In this document: positions 1 through 11,292 of the stretch, piece by piece | Numbering within the stretch: the stretch's first letter is position 1 | Layout: the number at the start of each line of letters is the position of its first letter | Assembly: GCF_018350175.1 (NCBI RefSeq) | Contig: NC_058378.1 | Span: 83,390,001 to 83,454,000, forward strand | Length of the DNA: 64,000 nucleotides | Direction of reading: 5' to 3' | From: Felis catus | Taxonomy: Eukaryota | Notes under the pieces: generated by a model | What the model was told of the DNA's origin: nothing | What the model saw: only the letters and a program-made list of their open reading frames with translations | Database searches by the model: none | Translations under genes and position numbers: made by a program

Positions 1-614
1 CACATGGGAGGGTGGCGGAGGGCGGGGCACAAGTGGGCAGAGCACGGGTTCACTCCCACCAGCCCCCTCAACTACCCGTGAGGGGAGGTGGGCGGTGGGA
101 GGGACTGGGCTCCTTTCTAATGAACCAAACTCTGAAGAAGGTACCTTGTGGGTCTCCAAGGGAGGAGTGAGGGTTGCTGCCTTGTGGAACCCCAGGGGCC
201 ATCGTGCAAGCTGTTTTCTTGGGCAAGGCGGACCCATTGGAAGACAGGTGTAGGTGTCCTTGGTGGGCTCTGGGGACTGCAGACCGTGTCACCGGCACGC
301 CACCCCAACAGCCTTCCCAGGAGAGTCTTATAGAGTGAACTCCAGGAAGAAGGAGTAGGTCTGGATTTTCTCCTCTTCGCTCACTGTTCTGTCACAGTAA
401 CGACAGCCCTACCCGACACCCTTGTTCTGTTTCTCACACTCGCTTGTGTCTCCTGCTGCTGAGTGCTATTCATTCTACCCATGATATGGCCAGATGGTTT
501 ATGAAGATGTTTGTTTGTGCTTGGCTCATACTCTCCCCCTTTAGCCCCCTGCCCGCTAAATAAGCCAGGGTGTCCCAGACCGTGTCGGGGACCTAACAGC
601 TAGACTTCTTTCTT

Positions 615-964
615 GCGAACAGAACCCTGAATTTTGGAGGCCCGGTTCCAGAGGGTGGACATGATCTGTGTAAGTCATTCCTGGCAATTTTGTTTGCCTT
701 TGCTAGTGATTGGTGTTTAGGTTACCGTGTGATCTAGTTCTGGCCAATAAAACATATGGAGAGTCTTCGAGGGACTTCTGGGAAAGTTTTCATTTGTTAA
801 TAAGAGACAGAAGAACCAGGAGAAAGTCCTCCTGCTTGGGACCCTGTGGTATAAGGTGTGATATTTGGCACCACAGCAGCCATTCTGCCAACATGAGGGG
901 ATACATGGACAGCTCCTTGAAGATGACAGAGGAAGTATTTTTTTTTAATATTTTTTTTAAGTTT

Positions 965-1023
<59 letters not shown>

Positions 1024-1250
1024 GGGGAGGGACACAGAGAGAGGGAGACATAGAATCTGAAGCAAGCTCCAGGCACTGAGCTGTCAGGACATGGGGCTGA
1101 CATGGGGCTCGACATGGGGCTTGACCACACGAACCATAAGATCATGACCTGAGCTGAAGTCGGATGCTTAACCAACTGAGCCACCCAGATGCCTACAGAG
1201 GAAATATTAAAGGAAACTTCATACACTGTTGAGTCACCAAAGGAGCATTC
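615..1250 (+). mobile_element. Old MaLR LTR fragment (MLT1J/K/L-like), interrupted by a Can-SINE
   Basis: MLT1-like motifs: 'gtgatctagttctggccaataaa', 'gacttctgggaaagttttc', 'gcagccattctgccaacatgagg'. Boundaries approximate. Confidence 0.6.
940..1194 (-). mobile_element. Can-SINE (feline SINEC type)
   Basis: Reverse-strand tRNA-derived head ('cttaaccaactgagccacccagatgcc'), (GA)n tract and T-tail. 14-bp TSD acagaggaagtatt (926-939) / acagaggaaatatt (1195-1208). Confidence 0.95.
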
Positions 1251-2359
1251 AGAGTTCCTCTAGGATCTTGTTAGATGAGATAATCAGTGCTTTTATCATT
1301 TGCATTATTTTTTTTCCCCCAGAAGTCTCCTAAATGACTCACAGCTACTTTTACTCTCACATGCCCTAGAAGCTGTTTCATTCTGCCCAAGGGAAATGTT
1401 GGCTGCTGACTCGACCTATCTTGGCTTTTGTTTTCCAAAACCTGAACTCCTGAAGAGTTTACACCTGGGAGGTAGGAAGCTTCTTGGAACTCCTCAGAGG
1501 TGGAGCTGTCCATGGTGCACTCAGGAAGACGGGTCCCCGGGGATGGGGCTGCCAACCACACTGACTTTCCTGTCCCCAAGCCTGCCTCCAAGGGAACTCT
1601 TGGGTTCAAATGATACGGGAGCCATGAAGCCTGTGATGCTTTGGGGATGTGCTGGGGATACAAGGCCTTTGCCCATCTTCTGGTCACCCCAGAACCCTCC
1701 ACGCCCCTAAGTGGACTGAAGGAGGGACAGGAACTGCCATGCAACGGTTGAGATAGATTCCTGCTGGCCTCATAAGAGAGACGCTTGGAGTTGGATTTAA
1801 ATCCTGAGTCTGTGGGGCAAATCTATTCCCGCTTTACCATATTGTGATTTTGCCTTACTCTGCTCAAAACTTGTCAGGCCTGAAAGCTGCATTCTCCAGC
1901 TTTGGGGGGACATGCCAGAGGGCACTGGCCAAAGACAAGCCAGGGTCTGGGCAGCCGCACTGTATTTTGTGACGGTCTTCAGCCATTGCCTTTCTCCTGA
2001 TAGAATTGCCACTGGGGATCGCCCACGTCGTGGGACACTGGGGACTCCCTTCTAGTTAGAGCACCAAGGACAAAGTCTTCACTGGTCTTTCTTTTTGCGT
2101 GATGATACCATTCACAAGAAGTCCCATTTTGAGTGCACTAATTCAGCATTTTAAGATGTTACTCTCTGGTATCCCCTGATGGGCGAGAAGTTGGAAGAGA
2201 ATATCAATTGGTCTACTTCCCTTACTCTGTAATGCCTTTCTCATGATACATTTATCAGAATTCACGGCACAATTTCCCCCCCCCCCAAATGACTGGGTTT
2301 TGTTCTTGATGAAAATTCCCAGCTCCGCAACTGGGTTTCTTTTCCTGAGTCACATTTCT

Positions 2360-2597
2360 TTAAATAAACTTTTTATTTTGTAATAGTTTCAGATTTACAG
2401 AGAAATTGCCAAGTTAGTATATTGCCTTCGTGTTAACATCGTGTATAACCCGGGGCACATTGGTTACCTCTACGAGGATCACTGTGTCACAGTTCTGTTA
2501 ATTGAACTACAGACTTCGTTGGGGCTTCCCCACTGTTTCCCTGCAAATGTCCTTTCTCTGTTCTAGCATCCGATCCAGGATCCCACCTGGCATTAAC
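2360..2597 (-). mobile_element. L1MC-type 3' UTR fragment
   Basis: 'ttttattttgtaatagtttcagatttacagagaaattgc...tttctctgttctagcatccgatccaggatcccac' resembles the recalled L1MC4/5 3' end. Confidence 0.65.
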
Positions 2598-2769
2598 ACT
2601 AAGTCACAGTTAATTCTATTTTTGAGATAGTTGTTTCTCCTTTCCTACCCTGTTTGTAGCACAGACCTTTCAGTCACCTATCATGTTCATCTCATGGCCA
2701 CCAAATGTCATTCCTGTCATTGAATATAGAAGTCAGCTCAGATATTGTCTATTTAATAAAGCTCCCAAC

Positions 2770-3480
2770 TTCTACACAGTATCTGCGAAGCTAGCAAAAC
2801 TTTGATGAAATTTAAAGACAGCCTGGGCCATGAGCCAGATCATCAATGTAGCTTCAAAATACGATTTGGTGAAAAATATTCCCCAGAGAGCACTGTGGAA
2901 AGGAGTTTGTATAAACCCCCAGGAGTTAAAATATTTTCTCTTTGCATGCAAATTTGGAAATTTCCATATTCTTCCTTGTTTATGGGCAGAAAGGTTATGA
3001 AGCAAATGGATTCGGATTTTTATCCTTTCTGTGAAAAGATTAGCATATGCTGCCTTTAAAATGCTCCTAATAGTTTTTAATATCCATAGACTTTCATATA
3101 TGATTGTCTAAGTAATCCAATTGGGAAATTAATTGCTTGATCTCGTAAGTTTCTAAGTACAAGACGTGGAAGGGATATCAGAATGTAATTCTGTTTGATG
3201 GTATCTTGAGATAGACTCACTCTTGGAATTGATTTTTGGGTCCATAGGCACCAGCTGTGATATCACATACAGTTGGGGAAGGCCGACCTTGCCTTTTAAT
3301 ACTATATATCCACATTGACAGTGTCTACATTTGGCTTCGTAAAATTGTGGGACGAAATTACAAAGTGAAAAGGAGGGTCCACGATCAATTATTTTGTCTT
3401 TGTGACACCATGACTGACCTGTGAGATCTTTTTCTCACCAAATTGCCTGTGCTGTCTTACAGACATGCGCGCCTATTGTT
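2770..3480. promoter_or_regulatory. AT-rich, repeat-free candidate enhancer with octamer palindrome
   Basis: TTTGCATGCAAA palindrome (2941-2952) overlapping ATGCAAAT (2946-2953), plus TAAT/TTAATT motifs. Function inferred only. Confidence 0.3.
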
Positions 3481-5629
3481 ACTTTAGCATCTTGATGGAA
3501 ACCTCCCGATGGGTAGCACTCGATGCGGGGATCTGGGCCAATCTCACCCAATGGTTACGGATAACACGGCACTAGCCCCCATACTGGAACACTCCTGTGT
3601 TAGTTTCCCCTCGCTTTGAATTTTTTCCTCAACTTACATTCTCTCGAAGATGTAGATCGAGTCTTCAGGCACTGGGTATTTCACTCTAGGATGGATTAGC
3701 TTCCTCGTGTCTTTGGAGACCCAGATGCTTTAAAGCCCACCTCCTTCTGTGAGCTTTCTCAACTATCTGTTTGGATCTCCCTCTTCAAATCCCCATAGAT
3801 CTGAGATCGGACTTGCTCATTTCTTGTGACTCATGAGCTTCTTTGGTGGGGTTTCCGTTTTCCTCCGGATGTAAATTGGTTTGCTCCCATCCCCCAATCC
3901 CCTCTTCCAGCCTCATGGGTTGTAAGACTGTCAGGAGCTAATGGATGTTCTGTGCATGGACTGTAGCCAACGAAGGGCACCACTTCTGGAGCATCCTCTG
4001 GGCATCGGACGTCGCCCCTACCACCTGGATCTCATGAACCCTCCCGCAACTCTGGAGAGAGCTCCTACTATTCCCCCATTTTGCCTGGGAGGAAGCCAAG
4101 AACTGAAATGGGTGCTCTGGGCCACGTGGCTAGTCAGCAAGCCAGAGCCGGACCCACTTGTGTTCGGACCCCAGAGTCGGAAGTACACCTGTCTCCCAGG
4201 AGCAGACCTGTGCCCAGTGCCCAGTGAGCACACCATAGCTACTTTTAGCTTTATCAGTCTCATGCCCTTCCTTCAGCAAGGAAGAATTCACTCTTCTAAA
4301 GCACATTATGGCTGCATAATGCAGTCTTCCAGTATATTGTTTAACTGCCCCCTGATCTTTGAGTGACTTTATTGTATTACCTACTGTCATTCTTACATTC
4401 TGAAATTGATTTTGGAACCATTAAATCTTTCCTTGGAACAGAATAATAGGATGTTCCAATGTTGCCAAGATCTCTCCATCCTGCACAAGCAAAGAGGAAA
4501 CTCTCTAAGCTCCTGGAAGTTTCCTGATCATTTTCCCAAGGGACGTAAGGAGGCATGGACCACAACCCTTGTCGGCTCCCCCCACCACCAATCCCCCCTG
4601 ATTGTGGCCCCTCCCCAGAGCAGAGTCTGTGCACTTGCCTCTGAATATCTGGGTTTCCCTAGAAGGGGGTGGTGGCTGCATCTATCTGCCTGTGGTGTGG
4701 GGCGGCAGGACTTTCCCAGGGTTTGCGTGGGCATTTCTGGAGGCATGGGGCAGAGGGAGGAAGAGCCATTGGCTTGGCTGAGGGGCAACATACTCTCCAG
4801 GTCTCTTATTCTCATGGGGGCTCTCAGGTGGGTCAGCCTGAACTTGGGTCTTTCCAGACTTGACCGTTCCCGGGTCTCCCTTCCTTTGGAATGAGCCACA
4901 TCTCAGTGCTGTGGATGGCTGGGTGACCCTCAGTGGGACGAGGCTCCCCTGCTCCTGGTGGGAAAGCATCAGAGGCCTTTGGAAGCATGAGCTGGACACC
5001 GGCTGCGTGTCAGGGAGAATTAAGACGGGTCACCTTAATCTTCTCCCCAGTCTAGAGCCTGATACATCCTGGTGGTAGAATTAACTGCCTCTTTGTGGGC
5101 ATTGGCATCTCTCCCACCGACACAGACGTGCCTGGTGGGTCCTGAGGGCCTTTCTGGAATGAGGCTGTCAGCTTGACCCACCGTGAGCATCAGGCAGGGA
5201 CGGACCTCTAGGGTGGCCCCGTGGGAGTGATTTCTCCTGAGTCCCATTTCCTGCGGGAGAGAAGGAAATTTATTCCCACTTCCCTCTGCCTCCTTCCCTT
5301 CGATCTATTCATGCCCTGTTAGCCCAGCTCGGTGCGGACTGAAAGTGGGGTCATGTCCCACGGAGAGTACCAAACGGGGCACAAGGGGGGCCTCCGGGGG
5401 GTCATCCCCTTTACAAAGAAGCTGTTGCCTGTGTCAAGATACACGTCCCAAACTCCACCTGATGTTTTATCTTAGAAACTGTGCGCTCCTGTTCAGGAAC
5501 CTCCCTCCAGAAGGAGTTGTCTGGTGTGGGCCTCCTTGCTCACGGCGTAGGGCTGCCCACGTTATTCTTGGTCTTGCTCTCGGGACATGTCCAAAGTGAA
5601 CGCTGGGGTAAAAATCATTCCTCATGTCC

Positions 5630-5790
5630 GTCAAGCACTTTGAACTGTTTCAAAGCCGTTTTTAGGCCTATTATTTTATGTGATCTCCATAACGTCGGCC
5701 AGACATCAAGTCCCGGAGAGGTTAATTGACCTCCCTGGGGTCACAAGTGGGACTGGAACTAGAATAGCGTCTCCCCACTGCCTGCCCCTG
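5630..5790 (-). mobile_element. MIR fragment
   Basis: 'ggagaggttaattgacctccctggggtcaca...ggactggaactag' resembles the MIR core. Confidence 0.5.
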
Positions 5791-6631
5791 GACTCAGCTC
5801 TAGGAGGACTGGGTCACCGCCATGCAGTCTGGGGACTCACCAAGAGCGAGGCAGCATTAGTGCAAGCTGGGAAGACGGTACCCTGCAGTCAGCCCAGGGT
5901 TCCCATGGAGCTCCGGGGCGAGGGCCCTCATTTCTGGAGCGTCACCCCAAGTCACAGCCTTGGCGGCCTGGGGAGGTTTCTGCAAAGTGGGTGGCAGGGA
6001 CTTCATGGCGGGTCCTGGAGGCTCAGGCTGTGAGGGGAAGGAGTCTCTGTCCCCTCCTCTGCCTGTCCCTTTCCTCGCTGTCACCTACCCCCCACGCCCC
6101 CACGCCCCCTTTCTCTTCCCTCCTGGAAAGGGCACGGTGTTTCTGCTCTGGCTGCTCAGGAGGCTTTGCGGTCAGGGTCAGGGTCCGGGGCTGCGGAGCT
6201 AGCAAGGGTGAAGGGGACAACGCCGGGCTGGTCAGCAGGCACTCCAGTGGCAAGAGTTGGGGGCACGAAGCGAAAATGAAATATGCATGCAGACGGTGAG
6301 CGAGGAGAGATCCTGGGGCCGCGTTTGGCTGGTGTCACGCTAATAAGGGGAGACGTCAGGATGATGGCCAAGCATCAGAAATGAGTCTCGGCATCTGAAG
6401 GAGGCGAGACCCGGCGGGCGGGCTCTCCCAGCCGAGGGAGGTGGGCCGCCCGGCCCCCGCCGCCCGCCCTCCCTGGGCCCACAGGGGCCCCTGCCCTCAT
6501 CCGGAGCCCGGCGAGTGCAGCCTGCGAGGCTGGAAGGAGAGCGGCTCCCAGGGCCCGCCACGTGGCGGCAGCAGCTTTGAACGTTTCCAACTACAAGCCA
6601 CATTGTAGCGGAGGCAGGGAGACACGGGCAG

Positions 6632-6671
6632 AAAACAACAACAGCAACAAAACAACAACAACAACAAAAAA
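6632..6671 (+). repeat. (CAA)n imperfect microsatellite
   Basis: aaaacaacaacagcaacaaaacaacaacaacaacaaaaaa. Confidence 0.85.
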
Positions 6672-6923
6672 CCCTTGCCTATTAACAGGCGACATCTCAA
6701 ATTCGAAACACTTTGGGAGAGAAATCCGGTTTTAATCGGAGTCCGAAGTTTCCGTATGTATTCACATTCAAATTTATCTCTGGGAAATAATCCCTGTCGT
6801 TAAGACTCGGGGTGAAAGCAATTGATGAAGAAGAGAAATCACAGTATGTGGCCGATTTTCTGAGCGGGTGAAACTCGGCTTAGAGTTGACGCTCCGAGTA
6901 TCTGAGCTAAATGAAGTCACGAA

Positions 6924-7127
6924 NNNNNNNNNNNNNNNNNNNNNNNNNNNNNNNNNNNNNNNNNNNNNNNNNNNNNNNNNNNNNNNNNNNNNNNNNNNNN
7001 NNNNNNNNNNNNNNNNNNNNNNNNNNNNNNNNNNNNNNNNNNNNNNNNNNNNNNNNNNNNNNNNNNNNNNNNNNNNNNNNNNNNNNNNNNNNNNNNNNNN
7101 NNNNNNNNNNNNNNNNNNNNNNNNNNN
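6924..7127. other. Assembly gap (204 N)
   Basis: Run of N. Confidence 0.99.
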
Positions 7128-7728
7128 TGCATTGTCTATTAGACGAGGTAAATCGCACCAGAGTATAAGGGAAACAGTTACAAATTTTATTACCATCCTA
7201 TGACTGATGACAAACCCAGCCATAGAAATAATGCATAGGAGATGGGGTCTGTTCCCAACTCCAAACGGCTCTCCGCCCCAGACCGGTCTTGACGGCTCGA
7301 CCTTTATCGAGCTTCGGGTCACTAGGACCTTTTTGTCTAGTTACCATCGCTTTAGCGGCCGGTACCCACAAGGACCATCTTTTAACTTGTTTAGGCTCCA
7401 AGTGAGCCATTTGATTCGATTTGGCCCCGCCAGGGAAGGAGCTAATTGAAACACGCCTGGAGTGGCTTTCACGCTGGACTTTTGGCTGCAAGGATCCAGG
7501 CGGATGGTCTGAAAGGCGTCCCTTTTCTCCTGGTGACCTGCATCAAAATGCATTCATTTCACAGGACCCTTTTGTGCTCCGGACGGGGGCCTGGCTCACT
7601 CCTCTCTGCGGCTGAAGGTCGAGTGGGCACATTTTTCAAAACAGGCACTTGTTCCTAATCTGCAAATTAACTAAATAATCACAACCGCTAATTATACAGT
7701 ATCAGGCCTGGAGTACAGAGGGCTTGAG

Positions 7729-7940
7729 NNNNNNNNNNNNNNNNNNNNNNNNNNNNNNNNNNNNNNNNNNNNNNNNNNNNNNNNNNNNNNNNNNNNNNNN
7801 NNNNNNNNNNNNNNNNNNNNNNNNNNNNNNNNNNNNNNNNNNNNNNNNNNNNNNNNNNNNNNNNNNNNNNNNNNNNNNNNNNNNNNNNNNNNNNNNNNNN
7901 NNNNNNNNNNNNNNNNNNNNNNNNNNNNNNNNNNNNNNNN
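7729..7940. other. Assembly gap (212 N)
   Basis: Run of N. Confidence 0.99.
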
Positions 7941-8640
7941 TTAATGATCGAGATGCCGCGCATATGAATTGGAGAGGCGAGGCAGTGCAAGAGACTCGAA
8001 ATCAAGTTTCTATTTCTGTTTGTTATGATGAATTAAGGCCAGCAGGAGAATCTGATTCCTTTTGTATATTAAGCATTTTGGGGCAATAAGAAACAGACCC
8101 CATTAACAAATATGTAAAGTCAAAATATCTCCCTGAAGATTTAGACTTTGGCAAATTTAGAACAAATGAGATGCAATTTTCTACCTCATATGCTCGCCCG
8201 CCTTTACCTAATATTATTATAATGTATTGGTTCAAAAGGCGGCCGCGCGGCGCCGGGAAGTAGGGCGCGCTCCTGGGCCGCAGGTGGGGGCGCCCGGCCC
8301 TTCGCCGCCCCCTTGCCTCCCCCCTACCCCGCTGGCAGGCACCCCTTCCCCTCCCCCGGCCGCCGGCTCGCGCGTCCTGGGGCGCGGGGGCGCGCGCGGG
8401 ACCCTCACCGGCCCACTGGCGCCCTCCTCCTGCCTCTCTCCCCACCGCTGATGGTTCTGTTTTTTTCTAGTGGTCAATTGAAATTTTATGGCTAAGTTAT
8501 TTAAAAGAGACTCTAGAAGAACGAAATGAGGGAGGGATGATGGAAATGCCGCCTGTCTTTTACAATAATTACTCTTGATAGCAATTTGAACTAATTTGCA
8601 TTAAAAACACCCATTTAACCAATCTGCGGGGAAGGGCGAC
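7941..8640. promoter_or_regulatory. AT-rich enhancer-like blocks flanking a small GC-rich island
   Basis: Dense TAAT/ATTA, perfect octamer ATTTGCAT (8594-8601), TTTTATGG Hox/Cdx-like site (~8483), ACAAT Sox-like sites. Abrupt switch to GC-rich sequence at ~8240-8450. Confidence 0.45.
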
Positions 8641-8875
8641 TTCACGTGTACTGTTTTGTAAGACCTCAGGACTCTTTCCCCCTCCCCCCCCCCCCCCCCC
8701 CAGAAATTTAGTTTAAATTAGGGAAGTAGCAAAGGGCATTGTTAAATATCCCTGCCTGGGCCGGGCCTGCGCCTTTGAAACTACCTGCACGGTGTGTTAG
8801 GATATTGTATTTCACGGTAAAAGGGGCTCTTTCTTCCTCCTTTTTACACGGAGCAGCTTTAAAAGCCAGGAGAGG

Positions 8876-8888
8876 AGGGCAAAGGTCA
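8876..8888 (+). promoter_or_regulatory. Nuclear-receptor DR1 element (AGGGCA-A-AGGTCA)
   Basis: Matches the canonical DR1 bound by HNF4, COUP-TF and RXR heterodimers. Occupancy unknown. Confidence 0.35.
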
Positions 8889-10261
8889 AAGCCAGGACTC
8901 CAGGCTCTGCTCTCTCCTTAGTGTGGCCCTAGACAAAACTCCCTTCCCCTCTTGGTGTGTTCCGGGCTGTTTTTCATCAGAGCAGGAAAGGTGGTAACAA
9001 CACGACCGAAGAGTCCCTTCAGAGGATGTGTGCACGGATAACACGAGCGGCCAGTATTAGCCAGACACCGAGGCGCTGGGGTGCGGTGTGACGGTCCCCG
9101 TACATCGCCACAACTGAGCGCGATGTTCTGTTCCACCCCCTAGGACCACGGCTGGGCTGGGGCCCTGGACGGCCCTGGGGGTCAAGTGCCAGCGCTAGCG
9201 GAATGTGGACGGTCCTCGCTCCGTCACCCTGCTTGGCGTCCCCGCGGAGTACAGGCCGCTTCCCCAGCAGCCTTATTTCAAAGCCAGCCATGCTGGGCCC
9301 AGTCTGGCTGTCCAGGGGGCGCGACCGTTTGGACCCTCACTGTTTCTTTACTTTCTTCCTTCCTGCCATTTTGTGTTGTTCTGTTACTTGAAAACATTTT
9401 AATCTAAAACTCAGAGAGGGAGAGAGCGGAAATTCAAAGCAGGCATCTCTGCCAGGATGTGGGCTGACTCCTGGGCTCGGCGGGCAGGAGGTTGAGAGCA
9501 GGGGCAGGGGGTCACCGAACTAGAATTCGAAGAGCCTCGGAGTCGCCTGGTGTTACAGATGGAGAAGCTGAGCACCGCCCCCCCCCAGGACAAGCACCCC
9601 CCCTCCCCCCCCCCCCCCCCCCCAGGACAAGCGTGGTCCCAAGGCAAGCCAGGCGGGGACCTTGGGCATTTTCCAGGACGTTCCTTTATTTGTGCCAGTC
9701 CTGAAAGTGACCATGTCCCCCGAACCTATAATTCCAACACTCTGAACACGCAGCAGACTTTCTGGAAGCAGAAGTTACCGCTGAAAGCAGCCGAAAGCCA
9801 AGTGCAGACTCTTCTGCCCTTTCCCCCGGCTTTGTTCTCACCCGGACCCTTTGCAGCCCCCTCCCCCCTTGCTTCCCTTCTTTCCTTCCCTTTCTTTCCT
9901 CTGCCATCTCCCGGGCTAGCTTTGCCTCTAGCTGACGTTCTGATTTGTGGTTCGCCGCCGCCGCCGAGAGTTCACAGCCCCGGGCGCGGGCGGGCTGGAC
10001 AGGAAGCCGAGCCCCACGGGAGGGGTGCGTGGGGGAGGGGGTGCTGGCTTGCGCCGGGAGGGCCCGAGGTGGGGTGCGCGGGGGTGCAGGTGTGGCCGGG
10101 GCGTCGCGGTGCCCCCCTCCCCCGCCTCGGGCCGCCGCGGCGGGTCCGGCCGAGGCCGGGAAGGTGGCTGGGCCCCGGAAAAGAAGAAGAAAGGAGAGGG
10201 ATGGAGGGCCGCTCTTTCTGCCCCGCCGCGGGGAGAGCGGCGCCCTGCGGCTGCCCCTCGC

Positions 10262-10278
10262 GGCCACAAGATGGCACT
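10262..10278 (+). promoter_or_regulatory. Candidate CTCF site overlapping a YY1-like core
   Basis: GGCCACAAGATGGCACT closely matches the CTCF core CCASYAGRKGGCRS (1 mismatch) and contains AAGATGGC. Confidence 0.5.
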
Positions 10279-10927
10279 CTTAAGCTTTACAAGGACTCGG
10301 CTGCTCGGAGCGTAAATGTGACATTCCGCCCTTCGCCAGCCGCCTCCTCCGGAGAGGCTTGCAGGGAGGCAGGAAGAGGGGAGGAGAGCTGCAGGCCTCC
10401 TGGACGTTTCCTGGCGCCCACGGCGGGGGGCCCCGCTGTCCCCCTGGGCGGTCAGGGCTCCCAGAGCCCCGCCAAGCCGCGGCTCTCCAAGCCGGGAGTT
10501 GCCGAGTGCTCCCGGGCTGGGCCCCCGCAGCCGGGAGCTCAGGCTTTGTCTCCTGAACCGGCAGAAGCCGGGAGAGGGGTCGGCTCCGACGCACAAAACT
10601 CCGCCAGGACAATGGGCCGCGCCCTGTCCTCAGGCCGTGGTCTGATGCACTTGCCCAGCCCGCAGATTCCCTGACACTGAGGCCTCCGGGCTGCTGGAGA
10701 AGCCCGAGTCCCCCGCAGGCGGCGGGGACCCTCAGCACACCCTCACCCCTTCTGTGGGAGGCCGTTCGGTGGCCCCGTGCGGCTCTCGGGACAGGGAGAA
10801 GGTGGCCACGATTAGGGCGCCGGGTGCACTGCGCAGACAACGAGGTCGCATCGGCCCCTTGGGGCAACTGTGTGACTCGAGAGACAGAGCGGAGGGATTG
10901 GGGGTGTGCAGCAGGGGCGGGGCCACC

Positions 10928-10955
10928 GGGGCGGGGTGGGGGCTGGGGTTGGGGG
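10928..10955 (+). other. Strong G-quadruplex motif (five G4-5 tracts, 1-2 nt loops)
   Basis: ggggcggggtgggggctggggttggggg. Confidence 0.7.
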
Positions 10956-11236
10956 TGCAAAGCCCCCCCCCCCTCCCTCCCGCCGGGGAGCGTGAAAAGC
11001 CAGCATGCTAGAGACTCCACACCAGCCAGCCTATGGAGAATGGGTGATGCAGCAGGTGAGCTCTCCGGACCTCGGTTCCACCATCCGGAAAAGGAGCATG
11101 AGGATCCAATCATGCTCCAAACTGCGGGTCGCATAATAAACGTAAACTAGAACAGAGGAGGAAGTGCCGGAATTCCTAGTGTGTGGCGAGAAGTACTTTC
11201 GTTGGAGCGTATCTGTGTACCCACGCGCATAGGCTG

Positions 11237-11292
11237 GTGCGCGCGCGTGTGCGCGCACACGCACGCGCACGCACACGCACACGCACACACGT
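11237..11292. repeat. 56-bp perfect alternating purine-pyrimidine (CG/CA/TG) tract, Z-DNA candidate
   Basis: gtgcgcgcgcgtgtgcgcgcacacgcacgcgcacgcacacgcacacgcacacacgt. Confidence 0.85.

Noticed and set aside
9308-9322. Additional CTCF-like motifs (also ~33660 and ~44865)
   Set aside because: Mismatches at core positions; the one at ~44865 lies in an L2 remnant.
9550-10674. 374-aa ORF, the longest in the window
   Set aside because: It runs through a poly-C tract and a CpG island and is Pro/Gly/Arg/Ala-rich, with overlapping long ORFs in other frames. No recognisable domain; explained by stop-codon scarcity in GC-rich DNA.
11097-11106. CATGAGGATC matches part of the MS2 operator hairpin
   Set aside because: A 10-nt coincidence; the bulged-A/tetraloop geometry is not reproduced.
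10280-11134. 284-aa minus-strand ORF
   Set aside because: Same GC-rich artefact; no homology recognised.
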